From contig JAISJK010000068.1 of the NCBI GenBank assembly GCA_031261565.1, positions 1 through 61,086 of the forward strand: a stretch of 61,086 nt of DNA, written 5' to 3'. The first letter of the stretch is position 1. Each line of letters opens with the position of its first letter. Made by a program: the position numbers and the translations under genes. This document shows, one piece after another, positions 25,548 to 33,963 of the stretch. Below the pieces are notes generated by a model. The model made no database searches and was not told where the DNA came from. It worked only from the letters and a program-made list of their open reading frames with translations. This DNA is from Candidatus Adiutrix sp. (GTDB lineage: Bacteria > Desulfobacterota > Desulfarculia > Adiutricales > Adiutricaceae).

Positions 25548-26849
25548 CTAGCGGGGCCGCTCGCCCTTTAAGGCCTTTTTCCTTTTTTTATCCTCATACA
25601 TGCGCGCGTCGGCCAGTTCCAGCACCGCGCTGATGGAAAAACCTCTTTCGCCGTAAGCCAGGCCGATGGCGGCCACACAGGTGATGTTGTCGGGCCGGCG
25701 GTTCATGGTGTCCAGGTGGCTTTGCCAGGCCTGACTTAACCGCTCTAAATCGCCCTCGCCGCTCCTGGCGTTGGGAACCAGGACGGCAAACTCATCCCCC
25801 CCCAGTCTGAAGCTGAGGCTGTCCTCGGTGAACACCGCCGTCAGGCTCTCGGCCATCTTTTGCAGCAGTTTGTCCCCGGCGCTGTGACCGATTTCATCGT
25901 TATATTTTTTCAAGTCATTGACGTCAAAGAAAAGCACCCCGACCGTTTCGCAGTCCGCGCTGATTTTTTGGGTGGCCAGCCTGAATTTGGTCCGGTTATA
26001 CAGGCCGGTCAGGATGTCGTGTTCACTGTTCCAGGCAATTCTTTCCTGCAAAATAGCGTTGCCGACGGCCATGCTGATAATGCCGGCTATGGCCGAGGCG
26101 TCGTTATCGTCCAGCCCGGCGCTAACCCATTTAGGGTCGCCTATCAGGATACAGAACGGCTCGGAGTCAGCCTCGGACATACAGGTCAAGACCGGGCGGT
26201 CAGTCGCCAGGCCCAGGGTTGCGCCATCTTCTTCGGAAACGCCCGGGAGAATAGAGCCCAGGGTTGGGCCGCAAAGATTGGCCAGGGTCTCTTTCACTCC
26301 CTCTCTTTTCAGAGACGAACGCGCATTGGGGGCCAGACGCCAGACGCCGTCTAACCCCGGCAAATCAGCTGAAAAAAGCAGGGCCTCTGATTTGAAATAG
26401 TCAGCGATAAAGGAAAGCAGCTCGGCCAGGTCGGCGAATCGCCCGGCTATCAAGCTATTTTGAAATGAAAATAACTGTTTATAAAAAGATATCTGCCCCA
26501 CGGCATCATTCAAAAGGTGGGTGTGTTCGCTGAGGTCGTGCATCACGCAGACCCGGCGGCGCCCGCCGGGATCATTAATAATAGACTGGCTCAACTCATA
26601 ACGTCCGCCATCCTGGGCTAAAGCTGATTCGACGGGATTGGAGCCCATATCTTCCGAAAAGGGGAGACAGTAGGCGCAGGGCTGATCCAGGCCGAAAAGA
26701 CGCTGGTGGCACGGCCCCCTCTCTGGCCCGGCCCTGAACCGGGCGGCAAAAGGAGGGCTCTCCCATAAAATTTCAAAGGTGGCCGGGTCGGTTACATACA
26801 CCAGCAGCTGATTACTCAGATGGGCGTTTATCTCATTGGGCGTGGACAT
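25548..26849 (-). CDS. diguanylate cyclase with degenerate PAS/GAF-like N-terminus
   Basis: HDILTGLYNR, FDVNDLKKYND, GDKLL and FRLGGDEF; AGGAGG RBS before ATG 26849. Confidence 0.88.
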   Translation of the reverse strand: MSTPNEINAHLSNQLLVYVTDPATFEILWESPPFAARFRAGPERGPCHQRLFGLDQPCAYCLPFSEDMGSNPVESALAQDGGRYELSQSIINDPGGRRRVCVMHDLSEHTHLLNDAVGQISFYKQLFSFQNSLIAGRFADLAELLSFIADYFKSEALLFSADLPGLDGVWRLAPNARSSLKREGVKETLANLCGPTLGSILPGVSEEDGATLGLATDRPVLTCMSEADSEPFCILIGDPKWVSAGLDDNDASAIAGIISMAVGNAILQERIAWNSEHDILTGLYNRTKFRLATQKISADCETVGVLFFDVNDLKKYNDEIGHSAGDKLLQKMAESLTAVFTEDSLSFRLGGDEFAVLVPNARSGEGDLERLSQAWQSHLDTMNRRPDNITCVAAIGLAYGERGFSISAVLELADARMYEDKKRKKALKGERPR

Positions 26850-26889
26850 GATGGCCCTCCTCATTGGTCAAGGCTCACCCTCAAAAGAG

Positions 26890-27861
26890 TCAGGGATTGA
26901 GCTCGTTATACAGATCCACCAGCTCGCCCAGCTTGTGCCCGAAATTTTCCGGGGTGCCGGCGCTCTCTTCCGGCACGCTCCCCAGGCTGGTGTTTTCCTG
27001 GCGATATTCCATGAGCTGACTGGCCGAGGCCAGGGCCACCCAGGCGGCTTTGCTGTAGGCTTCCAGCTCGGCGGGGGTGAGCTTTTCCGCCTCCAGCTTT
27101 TCCGGGGAGTCCCCGGCCAGCCGGTCAAACTCAGCGATATTTTTTGAAAATTCATCGTAAAGCGGGCGAAACTCATCCAGGGTCACCGTCCCCAGATTGC
27201 CGGAAGTGACTCCCCGGCCGCTCAGGAAATCCTGCAAACTCTGGCCGGCGTCCACCAGTTTCAGCATGGCCGAGCGCAGGGGCCGGCCCTGGTCGGCCAG
27301 GGCCTGAATATCGCGCTGGCGCCGCTCCGCGTCCTCCTTGTGCAAAACTTCCCAAAACCGGCCCCGGGAGGCCTCCAGACCCAGATAGGCTTTATAGATG
27401 CTGGCGTGAAGTTCCTGGTAGCTGTCCGGGGAGAGGCGGCCCGATTCGTGATATGTCCGGGCCCTGGTCAGGCCGGCCCAAAGCTGCTTGAGGTGCAGAC
27501 TCATCTCGTAGGTGGCCTGGTCCAGAGCATTGTCCGAATCGGCCGCCTGGCTCAGGGCCTGGTCAATCTCCGTGGCCAACTCCTGGTTGGCCATCAGGGT
27601 GGAGAGAAAGTCGGCCGCGTATTCCGTCTGATCCGGCTGGCGATACTCCGAGCTGTAGCCGAAAATGCGGAAATAGTTGCGCAGAGCCGGGGTGAGATCA
27701 GTCTCCAGGTTGCGGCTGAGGTCAACGTATAGATTCCACTTTTCTATTTCGGCCGGCGGCTCGCCGGGGCCGGCCGGGCCGCCGGGCGGATCCTCGGCCG
27801 GGCAGCCGGTCAGCAGCAGAAGCGAAAACAGGAGAGGGATAATTTTATTGAGCATGATCAC
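26890..27861 (-). CDS. helical lipoprotein, DUF3829/YiiG-like
   Basis: Lipobox LTGC; KWNLYV near the N-terminus; C-terminal GTPE...LVDLYN. Confidence 0.6.
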   Translation of the reverse strand: MIMLNKIIPLLFSLLLLTGCPAEDPPGGPAGPGEPPAEIEKWNLYVDLSRNLETDLTPALRNYFRIFGYSSEYRQPDQTEYAADFLSTLMANQELATEIDQALSQAADSDNALDQATYEMSLHLKQLWAGLTRARTYHESGRLSPDSYQELHASIYKAYLGLEASRGRFWEVLHKEDAERRQRDIQALADQGRPLRSAMLKLVDAGQSLQDFLSGRGVTSGNLGTVTLDEFRPLYDEFSKNIAEFDRLAGDSPEKLEAEKLTPAELEAYSKAAWVALASASQLMEYRQENTSLGSVPEESAGTPENFGHKLGELVDLYNELNP

Positions 27862-28573
27862 CTGATGTTTCCCGCAGCTTGGCCAGCCCCGGAATGATTT
27901 TTTTTAAATCCTGCCAGACGGCCGTTTTGATTTCTGGTGAGGCCAGCATATCCTCCAGGCCGTAAGTGACCCGCAGCCAGACGCCCGGAAGGCCGGGGAG
28001 GGTGTGGGAGCGGGTTCGCAAAGCCCCCAAGGGTTCCGGGAGGCCGCAGAGCTGTTGCCCCGGCTTTCGGCCCAGAGCCAGCACCAGTTTGGGGCGCAAC
28101 CGAGCCAGCTCCCGCTGCAGTATCGGGCGGCACCTCTGGTCAGCGCCGCTGGCCGGGGCCTGGCCCTCGGCCGGCTGGCATTTGATTAGGGAAGTGAGGT
28201 AGTATTCCTCCGGGCCAAGCTTCAGGCCCTTCTCAATCATGGCCGTCAAAAGGGTTCCGGCCGCCGCCTCATACATGGCCGGCGTGGGGCCGACCACCAC
28301 CACCAGAGGCCGATCCCCGCCCCGGCCCGGGACGGGCGGGGGGCCAGCCTGAGCCCCGGGGCAGGCCCGGCAGGCCCTGGTCAGGTCGGCCAGCCCGGCC
28401 AGGGTTCCGGCCGCCGGGGCCGGGGCGGATGAGACCGGCTCCGGCCACTCTTTCCAGGGCAGACCAGCCACCCCCAGAGCCTCAAAATAGTCGAGCTGGT
28501 TGATCAGGGCCCGGGTCAAGCTCTCGGCCTCGGCCCAGAAATCAGCCGGGTCAGCCCCCGGGGCGGGAGTCAT
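27845..28573 (-). CDS. family-4 uracil-DNA glycosylase-like Fe-S protein, catalytic motifs degenerate
   Basis: CRAC...KCQP...RCRP, LRPKLVLALG and KTAVWQDL are present; GEAPG and HPA are absent. Confidence 0.75.
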   Translation of the reverse strand: MTPAPGADPADFWAEAESLTRALINQLDYFEALGVAGLPWKEWPEPVSSAPAPAAGTLAGLADLTRACRACPGAQAGPPPVPGRGGDRPLVVVVGPTPAMYEAAAGTLLTAMIEKGLKLGPEEYYLTSLIKCQPAEGQAPASGADQRCRPILQRELARLRPKLVLALGRKPGQQLCGLPEPLGALRTRSHTLPGLPGVWLRVTYGLEDMLASPEIKTAVWQDLKKIIPGLAKLRETSGDHAQ

Positions 28574-29301
28574 CTTTCAGACTCATAGCGGGGCGGGGGC
28601 GCGGCCCGGTCATAGGGTTTGGTGAAATTAAGGCCGTTCCAGGTCAGGGGCAGGAGCCCGAAAGAGGGCAGAAAATCATTGCAGGCCGAGGCGTAAACCG
28701 TGGTGGCCGTGACAATATCCAGGCCGCTGGGGTTGTGGGCGCTGGCGTTGCAGAGCAGGCACTGGCCATACTCGGGGGCCAGGGCGGCCAGGGCTTTGAC
28801 CGCCCGGGGGTCAACCATGGTGTCCGGGGCCACAAAATCGAGAATGGAAATGGGGGGCAGGTAATCCCGCAACTCCACCCTGGTCAGGCCCAGATGGTCG
28901 TAGCGAAAAAGAGCCAGATTAAACAGGCAGCTGTCGTCAATGGGCGCTGTCCGCTGACGGCCCCGGCAAATGGCCAGGAGCTGTAAATTGTGGCCGTTAA
29001 ACAGTTTGTAGGTGATGTCGCCAAAGCCCGGCCGGTGGAGGATCATCAGGGTCTTGGAGAGGAGCTGCACCCAGGGCTGGGCCGGGTCGGGGGCCGGGCT
29101 GCGGCCGGAGGCCTCCGGGGCGGTAAAGGCGGTGGGCAGCAGGGTCTGGCGCTCGGCCCGGGTGTAGCCGCCGCATTCCCGGTCGGGCAGCATCATAAAA
29201 ATTTCCGAGACCTGGAGCTCATCTAAGGCCAGGGCCGGAGCGGGGCCTAGGCCCCAGAGCGACCAGAGGGCGGCCAGGGCCCACAGGGCCGACGGCTTCA
29301 C
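28570..29301 (-). CDS. exported hypothetical protein with 6 Cys
   Basis: Signal peptide ending ALA; 4-bp overlaps with both neighbours. Confidence 0.7.
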   Translation of the reverse strand: MKPSALWALAALWSLWGLGPAPALALDELQVSEIFMMLPDRECGGYTRAERQTLLPTAFTAPEASGRSPAPDPAQPWVQLLSKTLMILHRPGFGDITYKLFNGHNLQLLAICRGRQRTAPIDDSCLFNLALFRYDHLGLTRVELRDYLPPISILDFVAPDTMVDPRAVKALAALAPEYGQCLLCNASAHNPSGLDIVTATTVYASACNDFLPSFGLLPLTWNGLNFTKPYDRAAPPPRYESER

Positions 29302-29954
29302 CGGTTCACCCGCCGGGGCTCAATGTCCCAGCCCTGGCTGAGGGCCCGCTCCAGCACTTTTTCGGCCAGCCAGAAATCAAACTCGTCGTCAATATCCACG
29401 TTTTCTTCCCGGCTGGTGACCAGGGCGCCGGCCCGGCGGCCAAACAGGCTTTGAGCCAGCACGGTCTCCCGGGTGCTGACAATGACGCTGCCGTCATTGA
29501 CAAAGACCGACTTGATGTCCTGGCGGCGGTGCTCCACGCCGTGGGGCGGGTAGAGGAGCTGCTCAAAGCCGGTGGCCATGGAATCCCACAGGCCATTTTT
29601 AAAGGCGGTGATGACCCGGTCAACCAGGCCCGGGGAGCGCACCGGTGAAGTGGCCTGCAACAGCACCGACCGGTCAGCCCCGGTGGCCGCCAGGGCGTGG
29701 GCAATGACTTCCCGGCTCAGGGCCGCGTCCCCGGCCAGTTCCACCGGCCGCTCCAGGACTTCGGCCCCGTAAAGGCGGCTGATGGCCGCGATTTCCTGGT
29801 CTTCGGTGGAGACCACCAGGCGGTCAAGAAGCCGGGCCGCCAGAGCCGCCCGGATAGTCCAGGCGATCAGGGGATGGCCGCCCATGGGCCGGATATTTTT
29901 GCGGGGGACGCCTTTGGAGCCGCCCCGGGCCGGGATAATGCCCAGAAAAGTCAT
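29298..29954 (-). CDS. neuA: acylneuraminate cytidylyltransferase (NeuA/PseF/LegF family)
   Basis: IIPARGGSKGVPRKN, VSTED, LLQATSP and VDIDDEFD; ATG 29954 overlaps the upstream stop (ATGA). Confidence 0.9.
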   Translation of the reverse strand: MTFLGIIPARGGSKGVPRKNIRPMGGHPLIAWTIRAALAARLLDRLVVSTEDQEIAAISRLYGAEVLERPVELAGDAALSREVIAHALAATGADRSVLLQATSPVRSPGLVDRVITAFKNGLWDSMATGFEQLLYPPHGVEHRRQDIKSVFVNDGSVIVSTRETVLAQSLFGRRAGALVTSREENVDIDDEFDFWLAEKVLERALSQGWDIEPRRVNR

Positions 29955-31000
29955 GCGCTCACCGTTTCCGTAGTTTTCCGGCCGGCCAGGATCAGGAGGC
30001 GGCTGCCCCACAGCTTCTGATGAATCAGCTCCGGGGTCAGCTCGTCCCAAAAGGCGGGCGACCGGCCACTGTAAGGGTTTTCAAAACCAAGGTAGTTGTT
30101 GATGGCGCCCAGCTCGGTGATGACCGTCTCCTGCTCCAGCGCGACCAGATCCACGCTGTCCAAAAGCCGGGTCAAAGAGCCCAGATCAAAATGGTTGAGG
30201 TGGGAATGGCCCCCGAAAGTGTTGCTCTTGTCCTGGAGCAGACGGGTCACCAGCGAGCCGGCGTTGGGCACCAGGATCAGGATCAGCCCGTCCGGGGTCA
30301 GGAGGCGGCGGGCCTCGGACAGCACTGCCCGGGGATCGGGCAGATGCTCTAAAACTTCCCAGAAACTGATGAGGTCAAAGCTGCGGGGGGGCAGGTCAGA
30401 CAATTCCAGATGTTTGACAATCACCTGAAAGCCCTGCTCGGCCAACAACCGGGAGTTGGCCATATTCAGCTCCAGGGCGGTGGATGACCAGCCCTCTTCC
30501 TCAGCCAGGCGGACAAACCCGCCGGAGCCGCTGCCGACATCCAGAAGATGGCGGCCAGTCAGCCGGGCGGCGGCCATTTCCAGGCCGTAGAGATATTTGA
30601 GCCGATCCAGATCCATCTGGGGGGCGGAATTGAGCACGGCGGCCCAGGCCTGTTCCTCCCGCCAGTATTTATCCAGCACATCGCCCCGCAAAACGAGGCT
30701 GACGTAGATCAGGCCGCAGACCTGGCATTTGACGTGGCGGAAGCCATCTTTGACAAACAGCCCGCAGGCGGGCGGCGTGTCGCAGACCGGGCAGCGGCGG
30801 GCCTGGGTCAGGTCGGAGCGGATCAGGCCGGTAACCTGGTCAATGGCCCACAAAAAGGGGCGGGATTTAGAGGCCAGCCGGCCGGTGGTCTGGTTGAAGT
30901 TGGCCGTGCCATAAACCAGAGAAGCGTCAAAGGCGTTTTTACGGGCCAGCCGGGCCGCCGGGTCGTCCAGCCAGGCCGGGGTGCATACAGTTGGGCTCAC
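29951..31000 (-). CDS. class I SAM-dependent methyltransferase with N-terminal Zn ribbon
   Basis: CPVC...CQVC, LLDVGSGSG, FDLISFWEVLEH and LVPN. Confidence 0.88.
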   Translation of the reverse strand: MSPTVCTPAWLDDPAARLARKNAFDASLVYGTANFNQTTGRLASKSRPFLWAIDQVTGLIRSDLTQARRCPVCDTPPACGLFVKDGFRHVKCQVCGLIYVSLVLRGDVLDKYWREEQAWAAVLNSAPQMDLDRLKYLYGLEMAAARLTGRHLLDVGSGSGGFVRLAEEEGWSSTALELNMANSRLLAEQGFQVIVKHLELSDLPPRSFDLISFWEVLEHLPDPRAVLSEARRLLTPDGLILILVPNAGSLVTRLLQDKSNTFGGHSHLNHFDLGSLTRLLDSVDLVALEQETVITELGAINNYLGFENPYSGRSPAFWDELTPELIHQKLWGSRLLILAGRKTTETVSA

Positions 31001-31821
31001 TTGCGGTTTTCTCCCGTGGGGTTCAGATCTCGCGGCCGCAACCGGGCGGCCAACTGAGTCTGCGCTTGTTCCAGTTTATACAAATCGCGGTAATATTCAA
31101 CAAAAACCGGCACCGCCTCAGGCAAACGGCTGTTTTTTAAAATATTTTCCAACCATTGCCACTCCCTGGGCCCGGGGGCCAAGTGAGTGTCCACCGCCTG
31201 GAGGCCCCGGCCACGGTTCCCCGGCAGCCAGGGCCGGGACAGGTGAATCTCAGCCACCCGCTCCAGGGGCAGGGCCGTCAAATAATCCAGAGGCTCCACC
31301 CCCAGATGGTAGGCGGTCACCGCGCCGTGGGCCAGATCCAGAGCCAGGCCGAGATCAAATTCCTCCAGATAAGCCCGGATAAAAGCGGGCTCGGTGATGT
31401 GGCCATAGAGCCCGGTGGGATAAAAGTTGTAGTTCTCAGCGGCCAGCGGCCCCTGGTAAAAACAACGGATAAATTTTATGGATGATTCGGTGTGGCGCCG
31501 GATGGCCGTAGGCCCCAGGGGCGGGCCGAGGGGCAGGAGACCCTGGTGGCGGCGGGCGGCCGGCCCCAGATCAAAGCTGAGCAGCTCCACCGGGCGGTCA
31601 GCCAGATAGCGAGCCAGGCCCTCGCGCCGGAATGCCGGCTGGAAATCAGCCAGCACCGGCCCCAGGCCCCAGTGCAACATCCGCCGATGGTCAGGGGCCA
31701 GCCAGTCCGGCTCCGGCTGAGCCCGGAGCGACCAGATGGCGGCGCCGGCCGCCAGCCGCCTAAGCCGGGGCCCGGGCCGGCGGTGGAAAAGGTGAGAGAT
31801 GACCAGCCCCGGCTCAGCCAT
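30997..31821 (-). CDS. DUF692 family multinuclear non-heme iron-dependent oxidative enzyme (MNIO), divergent
   Basis: Motifs in the expected order: LHWG, LLP, AEN..FY, TEPAF, LDLAH, LPLERVAEIH, VDTH, W, FVEY. Confidence 0.8.
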   Translation of the reverse strand: MAEPGLVISHLFHRRPGPRLRRLAAGAAIWSLRAQPEPDWLAPDHRRMLHWGLGPVLADFQPAFRREGLARYLADRPVELLSFDLGPAARRHQGLLPLGPPLGPTAIRRHTESSIKFIRCFYQGPLAAENYNFYPTGLYGHITEPAFIRAYLEEFDLGLALDLAHGAVTAYHLGVEPLDYLTALPLERVAEIHLSRPWLPGNRGRGLQAVDTHLAPGPREWQWLENILKNSRLPEAVPVFVEYYRDLYKLEQAQTQLAARLRPRDLNPTGENRK

Positions 31822-32857
31822 CAGCGCCGCCGGCGGGCCCGCCGGAGACAGCGGCCCAGGTTACCGCCTCGCCCGGGGTCAGAGAGGTGGTCAGCACCCG
31901 GCTGGCCAGGCCGGCCAGGTCGTCCGGCCCCAGGAGGGGCCCGGCCGTGGGCGGCGGGCGGCGCAGGGCCAGATCAGCCGGGGCCAGCCGGTGGCCGGCC
32001 GGCAGGTGGCCAGCGGCCACCACTGCCCGGCGGATAACCGGCCGGATGGGGCTTTCCAGGGGATGGGGGGCTTTGACGGCCTCGCCCAGGGCCTGGCGGC
32101 TCAATTCCGCCCAGCGCGCCAACTGGCGCAGATCCTCCGGCTGGGCGGAGATGCGGTTATCGCCGCCGGGCAGGCCCCGGTTTAGGGTGAAATGTTTTTC
32201 CAGGGCCACCGCCCCCAGGGTGATGGCCATTTCAGCCACTTCCAGCCCCAGGGTATGGTCGGAATAACCAGCGGCCAGGCCGGCGGCCAGCCAGTTGACC
32301 ATGACCGCCAGGTTGGCCGCTTCCGGGGGGGCCGGGTAGAGGGAGGCGCACTGCAGAAGCACCAGCTGATCCCGGGCCGGGGCCAGCAGAGCCAGGGCTC
32401 TGGCCACTTCAGCCTCCTCGGCCGCCCCGGTGGACACAAACAGGGGGCGGCCGGCCTCAGCCGCCAGCCGGAGGAGATCGGTGTTGGTCAGGTCACCGGA
32501 AGATATTTTTATAAAATCAGCCCCGGCCTCCCGGGCCAGGGCCAGGCCCTCCCGGTCAAAGACCGTCAGGCCGGCGGCCAGGCCCAGCTTTTGGGCCTGA
32601 GCCACCAAATCGCCCAGCTGCTCAAAAGGCAATTCCTCAGTGGCCAATTCCTCATAATAGGGGCTTTGGGAACTGATAAAATCAGCCGTGCAATAGGCCT
32701 GAAACTTGACTGCCCCGGCCCCGGCCTCCCGGGCGGCCCGCACCATCCGACCGGCCAGAGCCGGGTCGCCCCCGTGGTTGCCCCCGATTTCAGCCACTAA
32801 AAAAACAGGGCACCCCTGGCCAAGGAAACGCCCACCTACATTTATGGCCCTATTCAT
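31814..32857 (-). CDS. neuB: N-acetylneuraminate / nonulosonate synthase with SAF domain
   Basis: VAEIGGNHGGD, AVKFQ, KISSGD, STG, CASLYP, GYSDHT, LEKHFT and a C-terminal RR..AA SAF domain. Confidence 0.92.
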   Translation of the reverse strand: MNRAINVGGRFLGQGCPVFLVAEIGGNHGGDPALAGRMVRAAREAGAGAVKFQAYCTADFISSQSPYYEELATEELPFEQLGDLVAQAQKLGLAAGLTVFDREGLALAREAGADFIKISSGDLTNTDLLRLAAEAGRPLFVSTGAAEEAEVARALALLAPARDQLVLLQCASLYPAPPEAANLAVMVNWLAAGLAAGYSDHTLGLEVAEMAITLGAVALEKHFTLNRGLPGGDNRISAQPEDLRQLARWAELSRQALGEAVKAPHPLESPIRPVIRRAVVAAGHLPAGHRLAPADLALRRPPPTAGPLLGPDDLAGLASRVLTTSLTPGEAVTWAAVSGGPAGGADG

Positions 32858-32892
32858 GTATTTATTTTAACATTACCGGCTGGGATTGTAAA
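32857..32892 (-). promoter_or_regulatory. promoter giving a probably leaderless neuB mRNA
   Basis: TTTACA (32892-32887), N17, extended TGtTAAAAT (-10 hexamer 32869-32864), N6, ATG; no SD sequence. Confidence 0.6.
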
Positions 32893-32898
32893 CCGGCC

Positions 32899-32926
32899 TT
32901 GACATTTGGCTAAAAATGGCTAAATT
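32899..32926 (+). promoter_or_regulatory. promoter of the FmdB-family gene and cobB
   Basis: TTGACA, N16, TAAATT. Confidence 0.5.
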
Positions 32927-32961
32927 ACCTTTATAGCTTTTGAAAGCTGCAAGGAGATATT

Positions 32962-33252
32962 ATGCCGATTTATGAGTATCACTGCGATCAATGTGGCGAA
33001 ACTACTGAAATGTTGCAAAAATTTTCCGATGACCCGCTGACGGTCTGCCCGGCCTGCGGCGGCCATATGGAAAAGCTGATGAGCATGAATAGTTTCAAAC
33101 TCAAGGGTAGCGGCTGGTATGTGACTGATTACGCCGGCAAAAGTGGCCCCAAGGCCGATGAGGCCAAAAAGCCGGCCGCCTCGTCCCCGGAGACCCCGGC
33201 CGCCTCTAAAACCGAGACCCCGGCCCCGGCCAAACCAGCGGCCACGGCTTAA
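32962..33252 (+). CDS. FmdB family zinc-ribbon protein
   Basis: MPIYEYHCDQCG...CPACGG...FKLKGSGWYVTDY with an A/P/K-rich tail; AAGGAG RBS. Confidence 0.92.
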   Translation: MPIYEYHCDQCGETTEMLQKFSDDPLTVCPACGGHMEKLMSMNSFKLKGSGWYVTDYAGKSGPKADEAKKPAASSPETPAASKTETPAPAKPAATA

Positions 33253-33255
33253 TTA

Positions 33256-33963
33256 ATGATAGTCATTTTAACTGGGGCCGGCATCTCCAAAGAGAGCGGG
33301 CTGGCCACTTTTCGCGATGCCGATGGCCTGTGGGCCGATATGCGGGTAGAAGACGTAGCCACCCCGGGCGGCTTTCGGCGCAACCCGGGCCAGGTCTTGA
33401 AATTCTATAATGACCGCCGGCGGGAACTGGCCACGGTGGCCCCCAACGCCGCCCACCTGGCTCTGGCCAGACTGGAGGCCGAGTGGCCGGAAGAAGTGCT
33501 GGTGGTCACTCAGAATGTGGACGATCTGCACGACCGGGCCGGCTCTAAAGCCCTCCTGCACATGCACGGCGAGCTGTTGAAAGCCCGCTGCCAGGCTTGC
33601 GGGGCCATCCTGCCCTGGACGACTGACTTCGGGCTGGAGGATGTCTGCCCCCAGTGCCGGGGACAGGGCGTTTTGCGGCCCCACATCGTCTGGTTTGAGG
33701 AAGTGCCTCTTTATATGGACGAAATTGAAAGAGCTTTAAGCCGTTGCCGCACTTTTGTCTCCATCGGGACCTCCGGCAATGTCTATCCGGCGGCCGGCTT
33801 TGTCCGCCTGGCCCGGCACGCCGGTGCCCAAACCGTGGAATTGAATCTGGAATCCTCCCAAGGGGCCGCCAGTTTCCACACCGGTCTCTACGGGCCGGCC
33901 ACCCGGATCGTGCCCCAATGGGTCGAGGAAACTCTGGCCAGGCGAAGGTCAGGCCTCGGCTAA
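33256..33963 (+). CDS. cobB: NAD-dependent protein deacylase (class III sirtuin)
   Basis: TGAGIS, FYNDRR (YxxR desuccinylase motif), TQNVD, MHG, CxxC pairs and GTSGNVYPA. Confidence 0.95.
   Translation: MIVILTGAGISKESGLATFRDADGLWADMRVEDVATPGGFRRNPGQVLKFYNDRRRELATVAPNAAHLALARLEAEWPEEVLVVTQNVDDLHDRAGSKALLHMHGELLKARCQACGAILPWTTDFGLEDVCPQCRGQGVLRPHIVWFEEVPLYMDEIERALSRCRTFVSIGTSGNVYPAAGFVRLARHAGAQTVELNLESSQGAASFHTGLYGPATRIVPQWVEETLARRRSGLG

Noticed and set aside
32962-33252. FmdB-family protein as RiPP precursor for the MNIO
   Set aside because: It is a widespread Zn-ribbon family, transcribed divergently, and its Cys residues are metal ligands.
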